From assembly GCA_965261735.1 (NCBI GenBank), contig OZ253470.1, positions 3,424,001 to 3,488,000 on the forward strand: a stretch of DNA of 64,000 bases, read 5' to 3'. Positions 8,471-17,294 of this stretch are shown here, one piece after another. Position numbers and translations under genes: made by a program. The notes beneath the pieces are model-generated. The model was not told the DNA's origin, did not search any database, and worked only from the letters and a program-made list of their open reading frames with translations. This DNA is from Alphaproteobacteria bacterium (GTDB taxonomy: Bacteria; Pseudomonadota; Alphaproteobacteria; SHVV01). Within the stretch, counting starts at the first letter, position 1. Every line of letters begins with the position of its first letter.

Positions 8471-10146
8471 TGACCCGGCAACCGGCAAGCACCCGTCCCG
8501 ACACCACCGCCAAGACCATGGCCAAGGCCTTCGCGCGGTTTTTTGCCCGGCCCGGCAGGCGGAACGGCAACGCCGCGGCGGAGACCCCGGATACCAAGCG
8601 ATTGATCCGCGTCCCCGCGATGGACGTCCGGTTCCGGCGCATCTGCGCGGTGTTCGCCGGCGGGCGTTGCTTGATCGCGCCCGGCTACGAGGCCGACGCT
8701 CGGTTGCGCTCGGCGCTGCTGGCGCTGCGCCAAAGCGGCGCCATCCCGGTGGCGGTGGCCGAGGAAACCGCGACCCTCGAAGAGATCGCCGAATGCTGGC
8801 GGGCGGCAGGCGCCGCATCGTCGCCGGCAGCGGGCGAAGCGGCGGCTCGACGGGTCAAACGCCTGTTCGAGGATGCCGCCGCGGCTCGGGCGAGCGATGT
8901 GGTGTTCGAGACCGGCGGGGGCGCCTGTCATGTCTTCGCCATCGTCAACGACCGCAAGCTGCAGCTGGCGGAGCCGATGACGGCCGAGGAAGGCCGCGAG
9001 GCCGCGGGCTTCCTGTTCCATTGCAAGGACGAGGGGTCGTCCCAGACGAGCTACCGGCGGGGCTCGTTCCAGGGCTTCTCGATCCGCGCCGGCGGCCAGG
9101 TACCGCTGCCGGCGGGCATCTCGGCGCTGCGTTGCCAGCGTGGGCCGCACGAGCCCGACGGCGATCACCTGTTCGCGCGCATGTTCTATGCCGACCGGCT
9201 CGACGCCGGCATGACCCTGGAGCGCCTCGGCTTTTCGGCCACCGAAGCCGCGTTGTTCGCCGGGATCCGCATGGCGCCCCATGGCGGCGTCTTCATCGGC
9301 GGCACCGCGGGCGACGGCAAGTCAACCACACTGGCCGTCAATCTCGCCCTGCAGATGGCGGAGTTCGACGGCCAGCTCAATCTGGTGACCATCGAGGACC
9401 CGGTCGAATACCGCATTCCGGGCGCCGTCCAGATCGCGGTGCCGACCTCGGGCCTCGGCGATGAGCGGGCCGGGTATTTCAAGGAAGCGCTGATGCATTT
9501 CTGCCGGATCCACCCGGCCAGCGGCATGGTCTCCGAGATCCGTGACGCCGACGCGGCCCGCCAGGTGATGCAGTTCATCGATACCGGCCATCAGGTATGG
9601 ACCACGATCCACGTCCATTCGGCCAACGCCATCCTGTTCCGGCTGATCGACATGGGCGTCGGCGTGGCCGAGGTGACCAAGCCCGGCAATGTCGCGCTGC
9701 TGATGAAGCAGACCCTGTTGCCGTTGTTGTGCCCGGACTGCGCGCTCGAGCAGCACGCCGAGGGACGCGTTGCCCCGGAAAATCTGGCCGGACGCCTGCG
9801 CGGCAACGGGGCGGTGCGCTACCGCAACCCCAAGGGCTGTCCCCGGTGCCGGCGCGAGGACGGTGGTGCTGTCGCGGCCCGGGCCTGGAACGGTTACATC
9901 GAACAGACGGCGATCGCCGAGACCATCCGGCCCGATGCCGGTTATCTCGCCTTCGTACGCGACTGCGATCCACTCGGCGCCTGGGCCTACTGGCGCCAGG
10001 AGATGGGCGGCGGGCCGATCGGCGGCAAGATCTGGAAACTGGTGTCAGAGGGCGCCGTCGATCCGTTCGATGCGCTGCTCAAGGGTGCCGGTACCGAACA
10101 CGAGGCGTCGGCGAGCCTCACCGTGGTCGCGGAGGCGGTCCGATGA
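8470..10146 (+). CDS. pilQ: Pilus assembly ATPase (PilQ/GspE family)
   Basis: Walker A GTAGDGKSTT, Asp box TIEDPVEY, Walker B region SEIRD, His box TGHQVWTTIH, CPDC/CPRC zinc motif. Confidence 0.92.
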   Translation: MTRQPASTRPDTTAKTMAKAFARFFARPGRRNGNAAAETPDTKRLIRVPAMDVRFRRICAVFAGGRCLIAPGYEADARLRSALLALRQSGAIPVAVAEETATLEEIAECWRAAGAASSPAAGEAAARRVKRLFEDAAAARASDVVFETGGGACHVFAIVNDRKLQLAEPMTAEEGREAAGFLFHCKDEGSSQTSYRRGSFQGFSIRAGGQVPLPAGISALRCQRGPHEPDGDHLFARMFYADRLDAGMTLERLGFSATEAALFAGIRMAPHGGVFIGGTAGDGKSTTLAVNLALQMAEFDGQLNLVTIEDPVEYRIPGAVQIAVPTSGLGDERAGYFKEALMHFCRIHPASGMVSEIRDADAARQVMQFIDTGHQVWTTIHVHSANAILFRLIDMGVGVAEVTKPGNVALLMKQTLLPLLCPDCALEQHAEGRVAPENLAGRLRGNGAVRYRNPKGCPRCRREDGGAVAARAWNGYIEQTAIAETIRPDAGYLAFVRDCDPLGAWAYWRQEMGGGPIGGKIWKLVSEGAVDPFDALLKGAGTEHEASASLTVVAEAVR

Positions 10147-11210
10147 TGGACCCGTTCCGCTTGGGCGTGTTCTGGAGGCGGGCATTCGCCGCGTTGGTGC
10201 TCGGGCGCAAGGCGCGGGTGGATTGCTTCCGGACCGTCGCCGATCTGCTGGAATCGGGCTTCGAGTTGGAGCGCGCGCTCGACGTCACGGTGCGGGCGCA
10301 ACGTGGCCAGGGTCCGTCCTTACGCGCCGGCCTGCTGGAAGGTTGGCGCCGGGCGCTGATCGAGAACCGTTTCGCCGAAGCAATGGCGGCCTCCGCGCCG
10401 CCCGCCGAGGCGATGATCTTCCAGGCCTACGGGCGCATCGAGGCCGCCCTCCTGTTCGCCGCCGCGGCCCGGGTCGCCGACTTGCGCGACCGGCAGATCT
10501 CGGCGGTCCGCAAGGCGCTCGCCATGCCGCTGACGCTGGCGGGCGGGCTCGCCGTCATGCTGTGGGCGGCGGGCGGGTATTTCGTGCCGGTGCTGGAAAG
10601 CGTCGTGCCGCCCGAACGTTGGGGACCCGCCGCCGGCCTGTTCCGCGCCGCCTCGGCCTGGCTCCATGCAGAACCACTCGTATTTTTGGCCATCTGCGCC
10701 ACCGTCGTGGCCGCAATAGGCACGGCGATGGTCCATTGGACCGGTCCCGGCCGGACCGTACTCGACAGGATTGCACCCTTCTCGCTCTACCGCACGATTA
10801 CGGGCTCGGCCTTCCTGTTCGTGGCACTGGAGTTCCTCGGCGCCGGTCTCGATCTCAACGATCGCGCCTTCGAGGATCTGAAACGGCATGCCTCGCCCTA
10901 TGCGCGTCATCGCATCGGCGCGATCCAGCGCGGCATGGCCCGGGGCGCCGGTTTGGGCCGCGCCATGGCGCTGGCCGGGCACGGGTTTCCCGATCCGACC
11001 CTGGTTCCCGTCGCCGCCGCGCTCGATGGCGCGCCCGGTTGGGAAGACAAGCTCGCCCGCTTCGTCGAGCGCTGGGTGGGCCGCTCCGAAGATCTGCTCA
11101 AGTCCCGCGCGGCGGCGCTGAACGGCGCGCTCCTGATCGTCGTGACGCTGGCGATGGCGGCCGGCATCGACGCGATGTTCTCGGTGCTGCAGCAGGCTGG
11201 GCGGTCATGA
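10143..11210 (+). CDS. pilR: Inner-membrane platform protein (PilR/GspF family)
   Basis: ADLLESGFELERAL, three TM segments, PFSLYRTITGSAFL, GLGRAMALAGHGFPD. Confidence 0.85.
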   Translation: MMDPFRLGVFWRRAFAALVLGRKARVDCFRTVADLLESGFELERALDVTVRAQRGQGPSLRAGLLEGWRRALIENRFAEAMAASAPPAEAMIFQAYGRIEAALLFAAAARVADLRDRQISAVRKALAMPLTLAGGLAVMLWAAGGYFVPVLESVVPPERWGPAAGLFRAASAWLHAEPLVFLAICATVVAAIGTAMVHWTGPGRTVLDRIAPFSLYRTITGSAFLFVALEFLGAGLDLNDRAFEDLKRHASPYARHRIGAIQRGMARGAGLGRAMALAGHGFPDPTLVPVAAALDGAPGWEDKLARFVERWVGRSEDLLKSRAAALNGALLIVVTLAMAAGIDAMFSVLQQAGRS

Positions 11211-11354
11211 GCGATGACCAAGGGAAAACGAACCAGGGTGGGCAAGCGCGGCGCTCCCCACAAGCACAGCGAACCCGGCGGCTACGGAGATGGCCATGGG
11301 AATAGCCATCGGAACTGTAAGTGGATGAAAGAGAAAGCAATGAAAGGAAGAGAG

Positions 11355-11963
11355 ATGACGGCACAGATGAAAACGGGAATGGCGGGAATGGCGGCCGCCT
11401 TCAAACGCTACCGGGCGCGCCGTTTCCGGCGAGGTTTCAGCCTGTTCGGGGTTCTGCTCGGGCTCGGCCTTGCGGCGGTGGTCATCGTCGGCGCGGTCGG
11501 CACCTACAACGCCGCCCGCGAGGCGGCCAACCGGTCCGAGACGCTGGTGCTGCTGAACCGGATCCGGGCCAATATCGAAGCCTCCTTCGCCGGTGCGCCG
11601 AGTTACGGGAATAACGCCGATCTGGTCGCTGCGCTCGATCGCCGGGGCGGCATTCCCGATAGCGCCCGGACGATCGGGGCCGGCAACAGAGCCCAAATCC
11701 GCCATCCCTTCGGCGGGCTGGTGACGGTCATCGGCGGGCCAGGCGGCATTACCAACCGTTTCCGCATCCGGTTCGCCGATGTCGATAACGAGATCTGCGC
11801 GGCGCTGGGAGATGCCTATGCCGGGCGCAGCCGGGCGCGGGCCGGGGTGATCTCGATCACGATCAACGGCGCCGCTCTCACCTCACCCGTCACGGCAGCC
11901 CAGATCACCGCCGCTTGCGATGACGGCGACGGCGCCAACAATATCGGGTTCATCTTCGGATGA
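11355..11963 (+). CDS. pilS: Type IVb major prepilin PilS
   Basis: Long basic leader ending RRFRRG|FSLFGVLLGLGLAAVVIVGA, SYG and HPFGGLVTV motifs, C-terminal Cys pair; start chosen by RBS. Confidence 0.85.
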   Translation: MTAQMKTGMAGMAAAFKRYRARRFRRGFSLFGVLLGLGLAAVVIVGAVGTYNAAREAANRSETLVLLNRIRANIEASFAGAPSYGNNADLVAALDRRGGIPDSARTIGAGNRAQIRHPFGGLVTVIGGPGGITNRFRIRFADVDNEICAALGDAYAGRSRARAGVISITINGAALTSPVTAAQITAACDDGDGANNIGFIFG

Positions 11964-13099
11964 CGCGCGTGCGCAAACATACATGCGGCGCGGGCGCGCT
12001 GCTCGGCGTGCTGCTGCTGGCGGCATTCGCGGGAACCGCGCTGACATTGCATTACGAGGCGCGCGGACTGGCACGCGGCGAGGCGCTCGACCGGGCTGCC
12101 GGGCGGATATTCGCCACCTGGTTCCGGGCCGCCCACCGGGCAAGCCAGGAGCACGCGGCGGTTTTCGAAACAACCCTCGCGGGCGGGCACACGATTGTCC
12201 TGACGCCGGCGCGATTGCGCGCGCTCGGCACGGCGCCGCCGGGAATGCCCGATGCGCCGGGCCGGAACGCCTCGTTCGCGTTCGGCGTCATCTCCGACGG
12301 CACGACGCGTGGCATTCCAATGGCTTTCGGCGTCCTCGAACCCGCCCCGGACGGTGGAACCGCGCACGGGGTGTCGATACGCGAGGGTGCGCTTGCCGCC
12401 GGTCTCGCCGGCCTGGAATCGGTTGGCGGTGGCGCTCTGATGGCGCCGCATTTGCCGGCGATCGAGGCGGCGCTCGGCCGCCCGCTCGGGCGGGACGCAT
12501 TCTATTTAACCGCCGATCACGGGCTTCGATATCTGGAGCAGGCGCTCTACCAGCGTGCACAGCCCGGCCGGGCGTATCTGAACCGGCTGGAAACCGGCCT
12601 CGACATGAGTTCCGCCGACCCGGCCAATCCGGTGGGCCGGAATATCGTTGCGGCCGGCGCGGTGATGGCGCGCGCGGCAAACTTAAGCGGCACTGCGGAA
12701 ATCGGCGGCAATGCCATGGTGGATGATTCCGTCACGGCCGGGCGGCTCGCCACGGCGGACCTCTCCGCGCGGGAGCTCGACGGCGCGGCGCTGACCGTCT
12801 CCGCCGATCTGATTGTCGGCCATGCCGTGACGGGCGTGGTTTCTACCGCCTCCGTGAAAGTCGCCGAGAGGCTCGACGCGGGAGGCTTGAGCACGGCAGG
12901 CACACTGAGTGCGCGGACGCTCTCCGCCGCCACGGCGGTGTCGGTCGCCGGTGAGGCGGCGGTCACGGGGACGTTCGATGGCGAGGAAACGAGTGTGAGC
13001 GGTGCTCTCCAGGCGGGTGGTATCGCCGCCCGGGCCGCGCACGGTCCGCAAGCCCGCATCGACGGCCTGATGACTGTCGGGAGTTGCGGCGGATGTTGA
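11960..13099 (+). CDS. pilV: PilV-like minor pilin, copy 1
   Basis: Hydrophobic N-terminal helix, LTPARLRALG, LYQRAQPGRAYLNRLETGLDM (PilV constant-region motif), Gly/Ala/Thr-rich repeats, ends GSCGGC. Confidence 0.65.
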   Translation: MTRVRKHTCGAGALLGVLLLAAFAGTALTLHYEARGLARGEALDRAAGRIFATWFRAAHRASQEHAAVFETTLAGGHTIVLTPARLRALGTAPPGMPDAPGRNASFAFGVISDGTTRGIPMAFGVLEPAPDGGTAHGVSIREGALAAGLAGLESVGGGALMAPHLPAIEAALGRPLGRDAFYLTADHGLRYLEQALYQRAQPGRAYLNRLETGLDMSSADPANPVGRNIVAAGAVMARAANLSGTAEIGGNAMVDDSVTAGRLATADLSARELDGAALTVSADLIVGHAVTGVVSTASVKVAERLDAGGLSTAGTLSARTLSAATAVSVAGEAAVTGTFDGEETSVSGALQAGGIAARAAHGPQARIDGLMTVGSCGGC

Positions 13100-14235
13100 T
13101 GCACATGCCGGGACAACGACAAACCGTGTTCTGCCGCGGGTTGAGCCTGTTCGGCGCGCTTCTCGCGCTGGCGCTGCTGGGCATGATCGTCCTTGCCGCT
13201 GCCACCTTCTTCGAGACGCTCGCGGCCGAACGCCGCGCCCGTATCGCGGTGCAGCAATTGACCGTGCTGGCCGATGCAAGTGCAAGCCATGTGCATGGCC
13301 GGTTTCCGGAACTTTTGGCGGCCGCTCGAGGCGGCCCCGTGGAGATCACCCTCGCGCAACTCAAGGGAGCCGGATCGCTGCCGGTGGACTTTTCAGCGGT
13401 GGACGCGCTCGGGCGCGGCTATCGGGTGCTGATCCTCGCCGCGGGTGCGGACGCGATCGATGTCATGGCGGCTGAGAGGGTGGAGCCCGGCGATACGGTC
13501 GCCCCTTCAGCCGGCTTGTTGGAGGCGGCCGGCGAGGCACGCCTCGGCCTGGTCGCGCCCGATGCCCCGTCCAGGCTGGCCGGACCCACCATCGATCATG
13601 ACGTGAACGCCTTCCAGGCGGCTTTTGGCGGCGCCCCGGCTGTGGGTGCCCTGGCGGCGCTGCGCCGCTTCGATCACCAGGCCGTCTACGGCGGCAGGCT
13701 CCAGCGGATCGCTGTGCCGGGCTTCCCGGAAGCCAACCGGATGGAGACCGATCTCGACATGGGCGGCAACACCATTACCGGAGCCGGGCGAATCTCCGCT
13801 GAAAGCCTCTCGCTGGTCGGCGACCTGCAAGCGGGCGGCGATATTGCCGTTAGCGGCGATCTGACGGTCGGACAGGCCGTGCGGGTCGCCGGGACGGTCG
13901 AGGCCGAGGGCGCGATCAGTGCCGATACCGCTTCTCTCGTGGGCGTGGTGTCGAGCGGGTCGCTGAGGGTGAACAGCACGTTGCGGGCCGTAAATATCTC
14001 ATCGACAGGCACCGTCATGGCCGAATCGGTCGCGGCGACAGGGACGGTCACGGCTGGCGGCGCCAATTTCGAGCGTCTTACCGCCAACACGTTGTCGGCC
14101 CGCACGGTGTCAGCCGGTACGCTCTCCGCCGCTTCGGTCAGGGCCGCGGGCATTCGCGTAAACGGGCGCCTCGACGCATCCACGGCCGGGTTCAGCACTC
14201 TCATCGTCGGTCAATGCACGGGGTGCGGCCCATGA
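13099..14235 (+). CDS. pilV: PilV-like minor pilin, copy 2 (shufflon N-terminal constant domain)
   Basis: CRG|LSLFGALLALALLG, EITLAQLKGAGSLPVDFSAVDALGRGYRV, LQRIAVPGFPEANRMETDLDMGGNTI, ends GQCTGCGP. Confidence 0.8.
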   Translation: MHMPGQRQTVFCRGLSLFGALLALALLGMIVLAAATFFETLAAERRARIAVQQLTVLADASASHVHGRFPELLAAARGGPVEITLAQLKGAGSLPVDFSAVDALGRGYRVLILAAGADAIDVMAAERVEPGDTVAPSAGLLEAAGEARLGLVAPDAPSRLAGPTIDHDVNAFQAAFGGAPAVGALAALRRFDHQAVYGGRLQRIAVPGFPEANRMETDLDMGGNTITGAGRISAESLSLVGDLQAGGDIAVSGDLTVGQAVRVAGTVEAEGAISADTASLVGVVSSGSLRVNSTLRAVNISSTGTVMAESVAATGTVTAGGANFERLTANTLSARTVSAGTLSAASVRAAGIRVNGRLDASTAGFSTLIVGQCTGCGP

Positions 14236-14729
14236 AACCCTTATTCGCGCTCACTCTTCTTATAGGGGCGTCTCTCCTGTTGGCCCAATTACAGCCTGTT
14301 GACGCACAGGAACAGGAGGCCGGAAAGGAAGCGCAACCCCGCAGTGCCCTGTTCGAGGCGCTGGAAATCCGCGCAAGCGAAGAAGCGGCGTGGCGGACGG
14401 CGGGAGCCGGCAACGGCGCCCGATCCGTCGAGGCCTGGGACAGGGAACGCGCCTTTGCCGGGATGGAACGGCTGCGCGCCGAGATCGTGATGTTGAGCGG
14501 TCTGCACGGCGCACAACGGGAACTGCTTCAGTGGAACCGCGAGCGGATCAAGACCGGAAGGGCGCCTGCCCTCCTGCCGCCGCGCCTCTGCCGGGAGGCG
14601 GCGCTCAGCGCCTGGTGCCCATTGTTGCCGGCAACCTTCGGCGCGGCCGCCAGGTCGGCCAATACACCGGCCGAACACACCCCGCCGAACTTATCCGGAA
14701 ACGGACCAATAAAGGATGGACTGCAATGA
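14232..14729 (+). CDS. Secreted hypothetical protein
   Basis: Signal peptide (VDA/Q), coiled-coil core, LC..WC Cys pair, ATGA-coupled to both neighbours. Confidence 0.7.
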   Translation: MKPLFALTLLIGASLLLAQLQPVDAQEQEAGKEAQPRSALFEALEIRASEEAAWRTAGAGNGARSVEAWDRERAFAGMERLRAEIVMLSGLHGAQRELLQWNRERIKTGRAPALLPPRLCREAALSAWCPLLPATFGAAARSANTPAEHTPPNLSGNGPIKDGLQ

Positions 14730-15964
14730 CAGATTTGATGATTGGCGGCCTTAGCTCGGGCCTGGTGCTGGCCGCGATGGCGGCTTTGGCGGTGCTGGAC
14801 GCGCGCCGGGCGGTCGTCGATCCGCGCCTGGTGCTGGCGTTGTTCGCCGCCGCGGCCGTATGGCGTTATCTGAGCCCGGACGGTAATAGCCCGTGGACGC
14901 CCTGGACGGGGATGGCGCTCGGTATCGCCGCCGTCGCGCTGCCGATCATCGTTGCCCAATTGCGTGGCCGGCGTTGGCCGCTCTATCCGGGCGACGCGAT
15001 GATGCTGGGGGCTTTCGGTTTCCTGCTCGGCCCGATCGGTCTGGCATGGACGATGCTGCTCGGATCGGCGTTCTCGCTCGCCTACCGGGTTTGGGTTCAG
15101 CGGCGGCGCGGCCGGCGCATCCGCAAAGGCCTTGTGCCACTCGGCCCCGGCATGACCGCCGGGGCGGTCGTGGTGTTCCTGTGCGTCAATTTCGGTGTGG
15201 CGTTCGCTGCCGGCGAACCGCCGCCGCATGGCGTGCCCGGCGTCACGGGAGCGGCGGCCGAGGTAACGGTTTCCCCCTTGCCGGATATCGCGCCCGCAGC
15301 GGCGCCGCTCCCGGCGACGGAACTGGCCCCGGCCAGCACCGCGCTGCCCGAGGCAATTGCCACTCGGGATCTGGTGTTCGAACAACGTGACCCCGTTTCC
15401 TTTCCGGCTGCACTCCGTCGCCTGTCTTCCCTGTCGGGCATCGCGACGGCGATCGAGGAGCGCCCGGCCCGGATCGCCGGCGGGATGGCGATCCTGTCCG
15501 ATCCGCCACCGATCCGCCTGGTCTGGCGGGGCGCCCTTGCCGGCCTGCTCGACCGCCTCGCGGCGCTGAGCGGCTACGACTGGAGCTGGCGCGAAGGAAC
15601 GATCGTCTTCTACCGCTATTGGGATATCGAACAACGCACCGCGGCCGTTGGCTCTGCCGATCGGATCGATGAAGTCGCACTGGACGATTCGTGGATCGTC
15701 GAGGCGGTCGCGCACAAGACCCTGCGCGGCGTGCTTGAGAGTTGGGTGCGCCAGGCGGGTTGGACCCTGGTCTGGAACTCGGCCCGCGATTACGCCGTGG
15801 GATCGAGCCCGGAGCAGGCCGACAACGCTGTATTTCGCGGTGGGTTTCTGGAGGCGGTCGATCAGTTGCTGGCCGGCGATGCGACTCGCCGGGCCCTGTC
15901 GGCGCTCGCCTACAAGGCGAACCGCCATCTGGTGATCGAGGACGCCGGAGCCGCCGGACGATGA
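14726..15964 (+). CDS. pilU: A24 prepilin peptidase fused to a periplasmic secretin-N-like domain and a TcpQ/PilL-like domain
   Basis: LAVLD and YPGDAMML aspartates, VPLGPGM end motif. Continues in frame into WRGALAGLLDRLAALSGYDWSW and TLRGVLESWVRQAGWTLVWNSARDY...FRGGFLEAVDQL. Confidence 0.75.
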   Translation: MTDLMIGGLSSGLVLAAMAALAVLDARRAVVDPRLVLALFAAAAVWRYLSPDGNSPWTPWTGMALGIAAVALPIIVAQLRGRRWPLYPGDAMMLGAFGFLLGPIGLAWTMLLGSAFSLAYRVWVQRRRGRRIRKGLVPLGPGMTAGAVVVFLCVNFGVAFAAGEPPPHGVPGVTGAAAEVTVSPLPDIAPAAAPLPATELAPASTALPEAIATRDLVFEQRDPVSFPAALRRLSSLSGIATAIEERPARIAGGMAILSDPPPIRLVWRGALAGLLDRLAALSGYDWSWREGTIVFYRYWDIEQRTAAVGSADRIDEVALDDSWIVEAVAHKTLRGVLESWVRQAGWTLVWNSARDYAVGSSPEQADNAVFRGGFLEAVDQLLAGDATRRALSALAYKANRHLVIEDAGAAGR

Positions 15965-16491
15965 GAATCCTAACGGCTTTGGCAGTTATCCCAGCCTTGA
16001 TGGTCATGCTCCCGGCTTGCGCCACGTTCGCCCCGGATGCGGCGGTCGCCGTCAAGCAGATCGAGCCGGACCGGGCGGAGATGCTTCTGACCGAGGCCGC
16101 CCTGCGCGCCGAGCGAGCGCTCGTGGCGCTGGCCCGGGCACGCTCGGCGGAAGACCCGCTCGCCGATACGGCGCTGCCACGCATCGTCCCAGCGGCACTC
16201 CTGACCACGGTGACGCTCGATTGGACCGGACCGGTCGAGACCCTTGCCGAGGATCTCGCCCGGCGCGCCGGGTATCGCTTTTTCGCCGCCGGACCTGTCC
16301 CGGGCCGCCCGGCGATCGTCGCCGTCAAGACAACGGATGCGCCGCTGATCGCCGTCCTGCGCGATGCCGGTATCCAGGCCGGACAGGCGGCCGTGCTGAC
16401 AGTGGACGCGGACCGGCGGATCGTGCGCCTCGACTGGGCCACGGTGGATCGTTCACCCCGGACCGGGAAGACAAGGGAGGAGGGCTGGTGA
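15961..16491 (+). CDS. dotD: Dot/Icm lipoprotein DotD/TraH
   Basis: Lipobox MLPAC, VTLDWTGPVETLAEDLARRAGYRF, LRDAGIQAG. Confidence 0.85.
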   Translation: MRILTALAVIPALMVMLPACATFAPDAAVAVKQIEPDRAEMLLTEAALRAERALVALARARSAEDPLADTALPRIVPAALLTTVTLDWTGPVETLAEDLARRAGYRFFAAGPVPGRPAIVAVKTTDAPLIAVLRDAGIQAGQAAVLTVDADRRIVRLDWATVDRSPRTGKTREEGW

Positions 16492-17294
16492 TGCGAACGG
16501 GCGCCCTTGTTTTTCTCCTCCTTCTGATCGCCGGGCCTGTCCGTGCGGCCGCTTCGCCGCCCGACCTGGAGGCGCTTTACGAATTGGCGCCGGCGCCGGG
16601 CGTGGCGATCCCGTTCGCCGAGGAAAAACGCCATTCGGCGATGCGCCTGACGGCACTTGGGTTCGGGGCGCGCGCCGGTCTTGCACGCCGGAGTTGGGAA
16701 ATCGGCGTCATGCTGGAGCGGTTGTCGGCACCGCTCTCCGCCATCTATCGGTTCAGTGATCTGATGCTGACCGAGCAGGGTTTCACGGTGTTGCCGCCTG
16801 TGCTGGCCGAAACCCGCCAGGCCTTCCGGCTAGGGCGGGGACAGGCACGGGCCGCGAGCGCCCGGCGTGTGCTGCGCATCGTCGAGCCCGAGCGGATCGT
16901 GAGCGCCCCGCCGCATTGGCGCGACTACCTGGTCCGCTCGTGGCGGACGCCCGCCCCGCCCGCCGCGGTGCTGTTTCCGCGTACAAGTCCCGAGACCACG
17001 CTGTGGCGGCAATGGCTGGCCGAGGGCTGGGCGCACGGCACGGCGCTCGGCGACGATATCTTCGCCGCCGATCTCGACCGGCTCAACCGGACCTTCGAGG
17101 GCGTTGTGCGCTGGCACCGCCTGCATCTCGCGGACATGGTCTCGGCCCCCGGACTGACGACCGCCCACACCGCCGCTACGGGCCACGAACGTCTGCTGCG
17201 GATCGGCGAGACAAGCGTGCGGCTCGACAGGCGGGCTGCCTTCAATCTCGACACAAGGGCGTGGCGTGTCACCGATGGCGGAGACCTGCAATGA
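16491..17294 (+). CDS. dotC: Dot/Icm DotC/TraI
   Basis: GFGARAGLA, VLPPVLAE, IVSAPPHWRDYL, RLNRTFEGVVRW; between dotD and dotB. Confidence 0.85.
   Translation: MRTGALVFLLLLIAGPVRAAASPPDLEALYELAPAPGVAIPFAEEKRHSAMRLTALGFGARAGLARRSWEIGVMLERLSAPLSAIYRFSDLMLTEQGFTVLPPVLAETRQAFRLGRGQARAASARRVLRIVEPERIVSAPPHWRDYLVRSWRTPAPPAAVLFPRTSPETTLWRQWLAEGWAHGTALGDDIFAADLDRLNRTFEGVVRWHRLHLADMVSAPGLTTAHTAATGHERLLRIGETSVRLDRRAAFNLDTRAWRVTDGGDLQ

Noticed and set aside
13099-16000. Shufflon downstream of pilV
   Set aside because: No rci tyrosine recombinase, no repeated sfx-like sites, no inverted C-terminal cassettes
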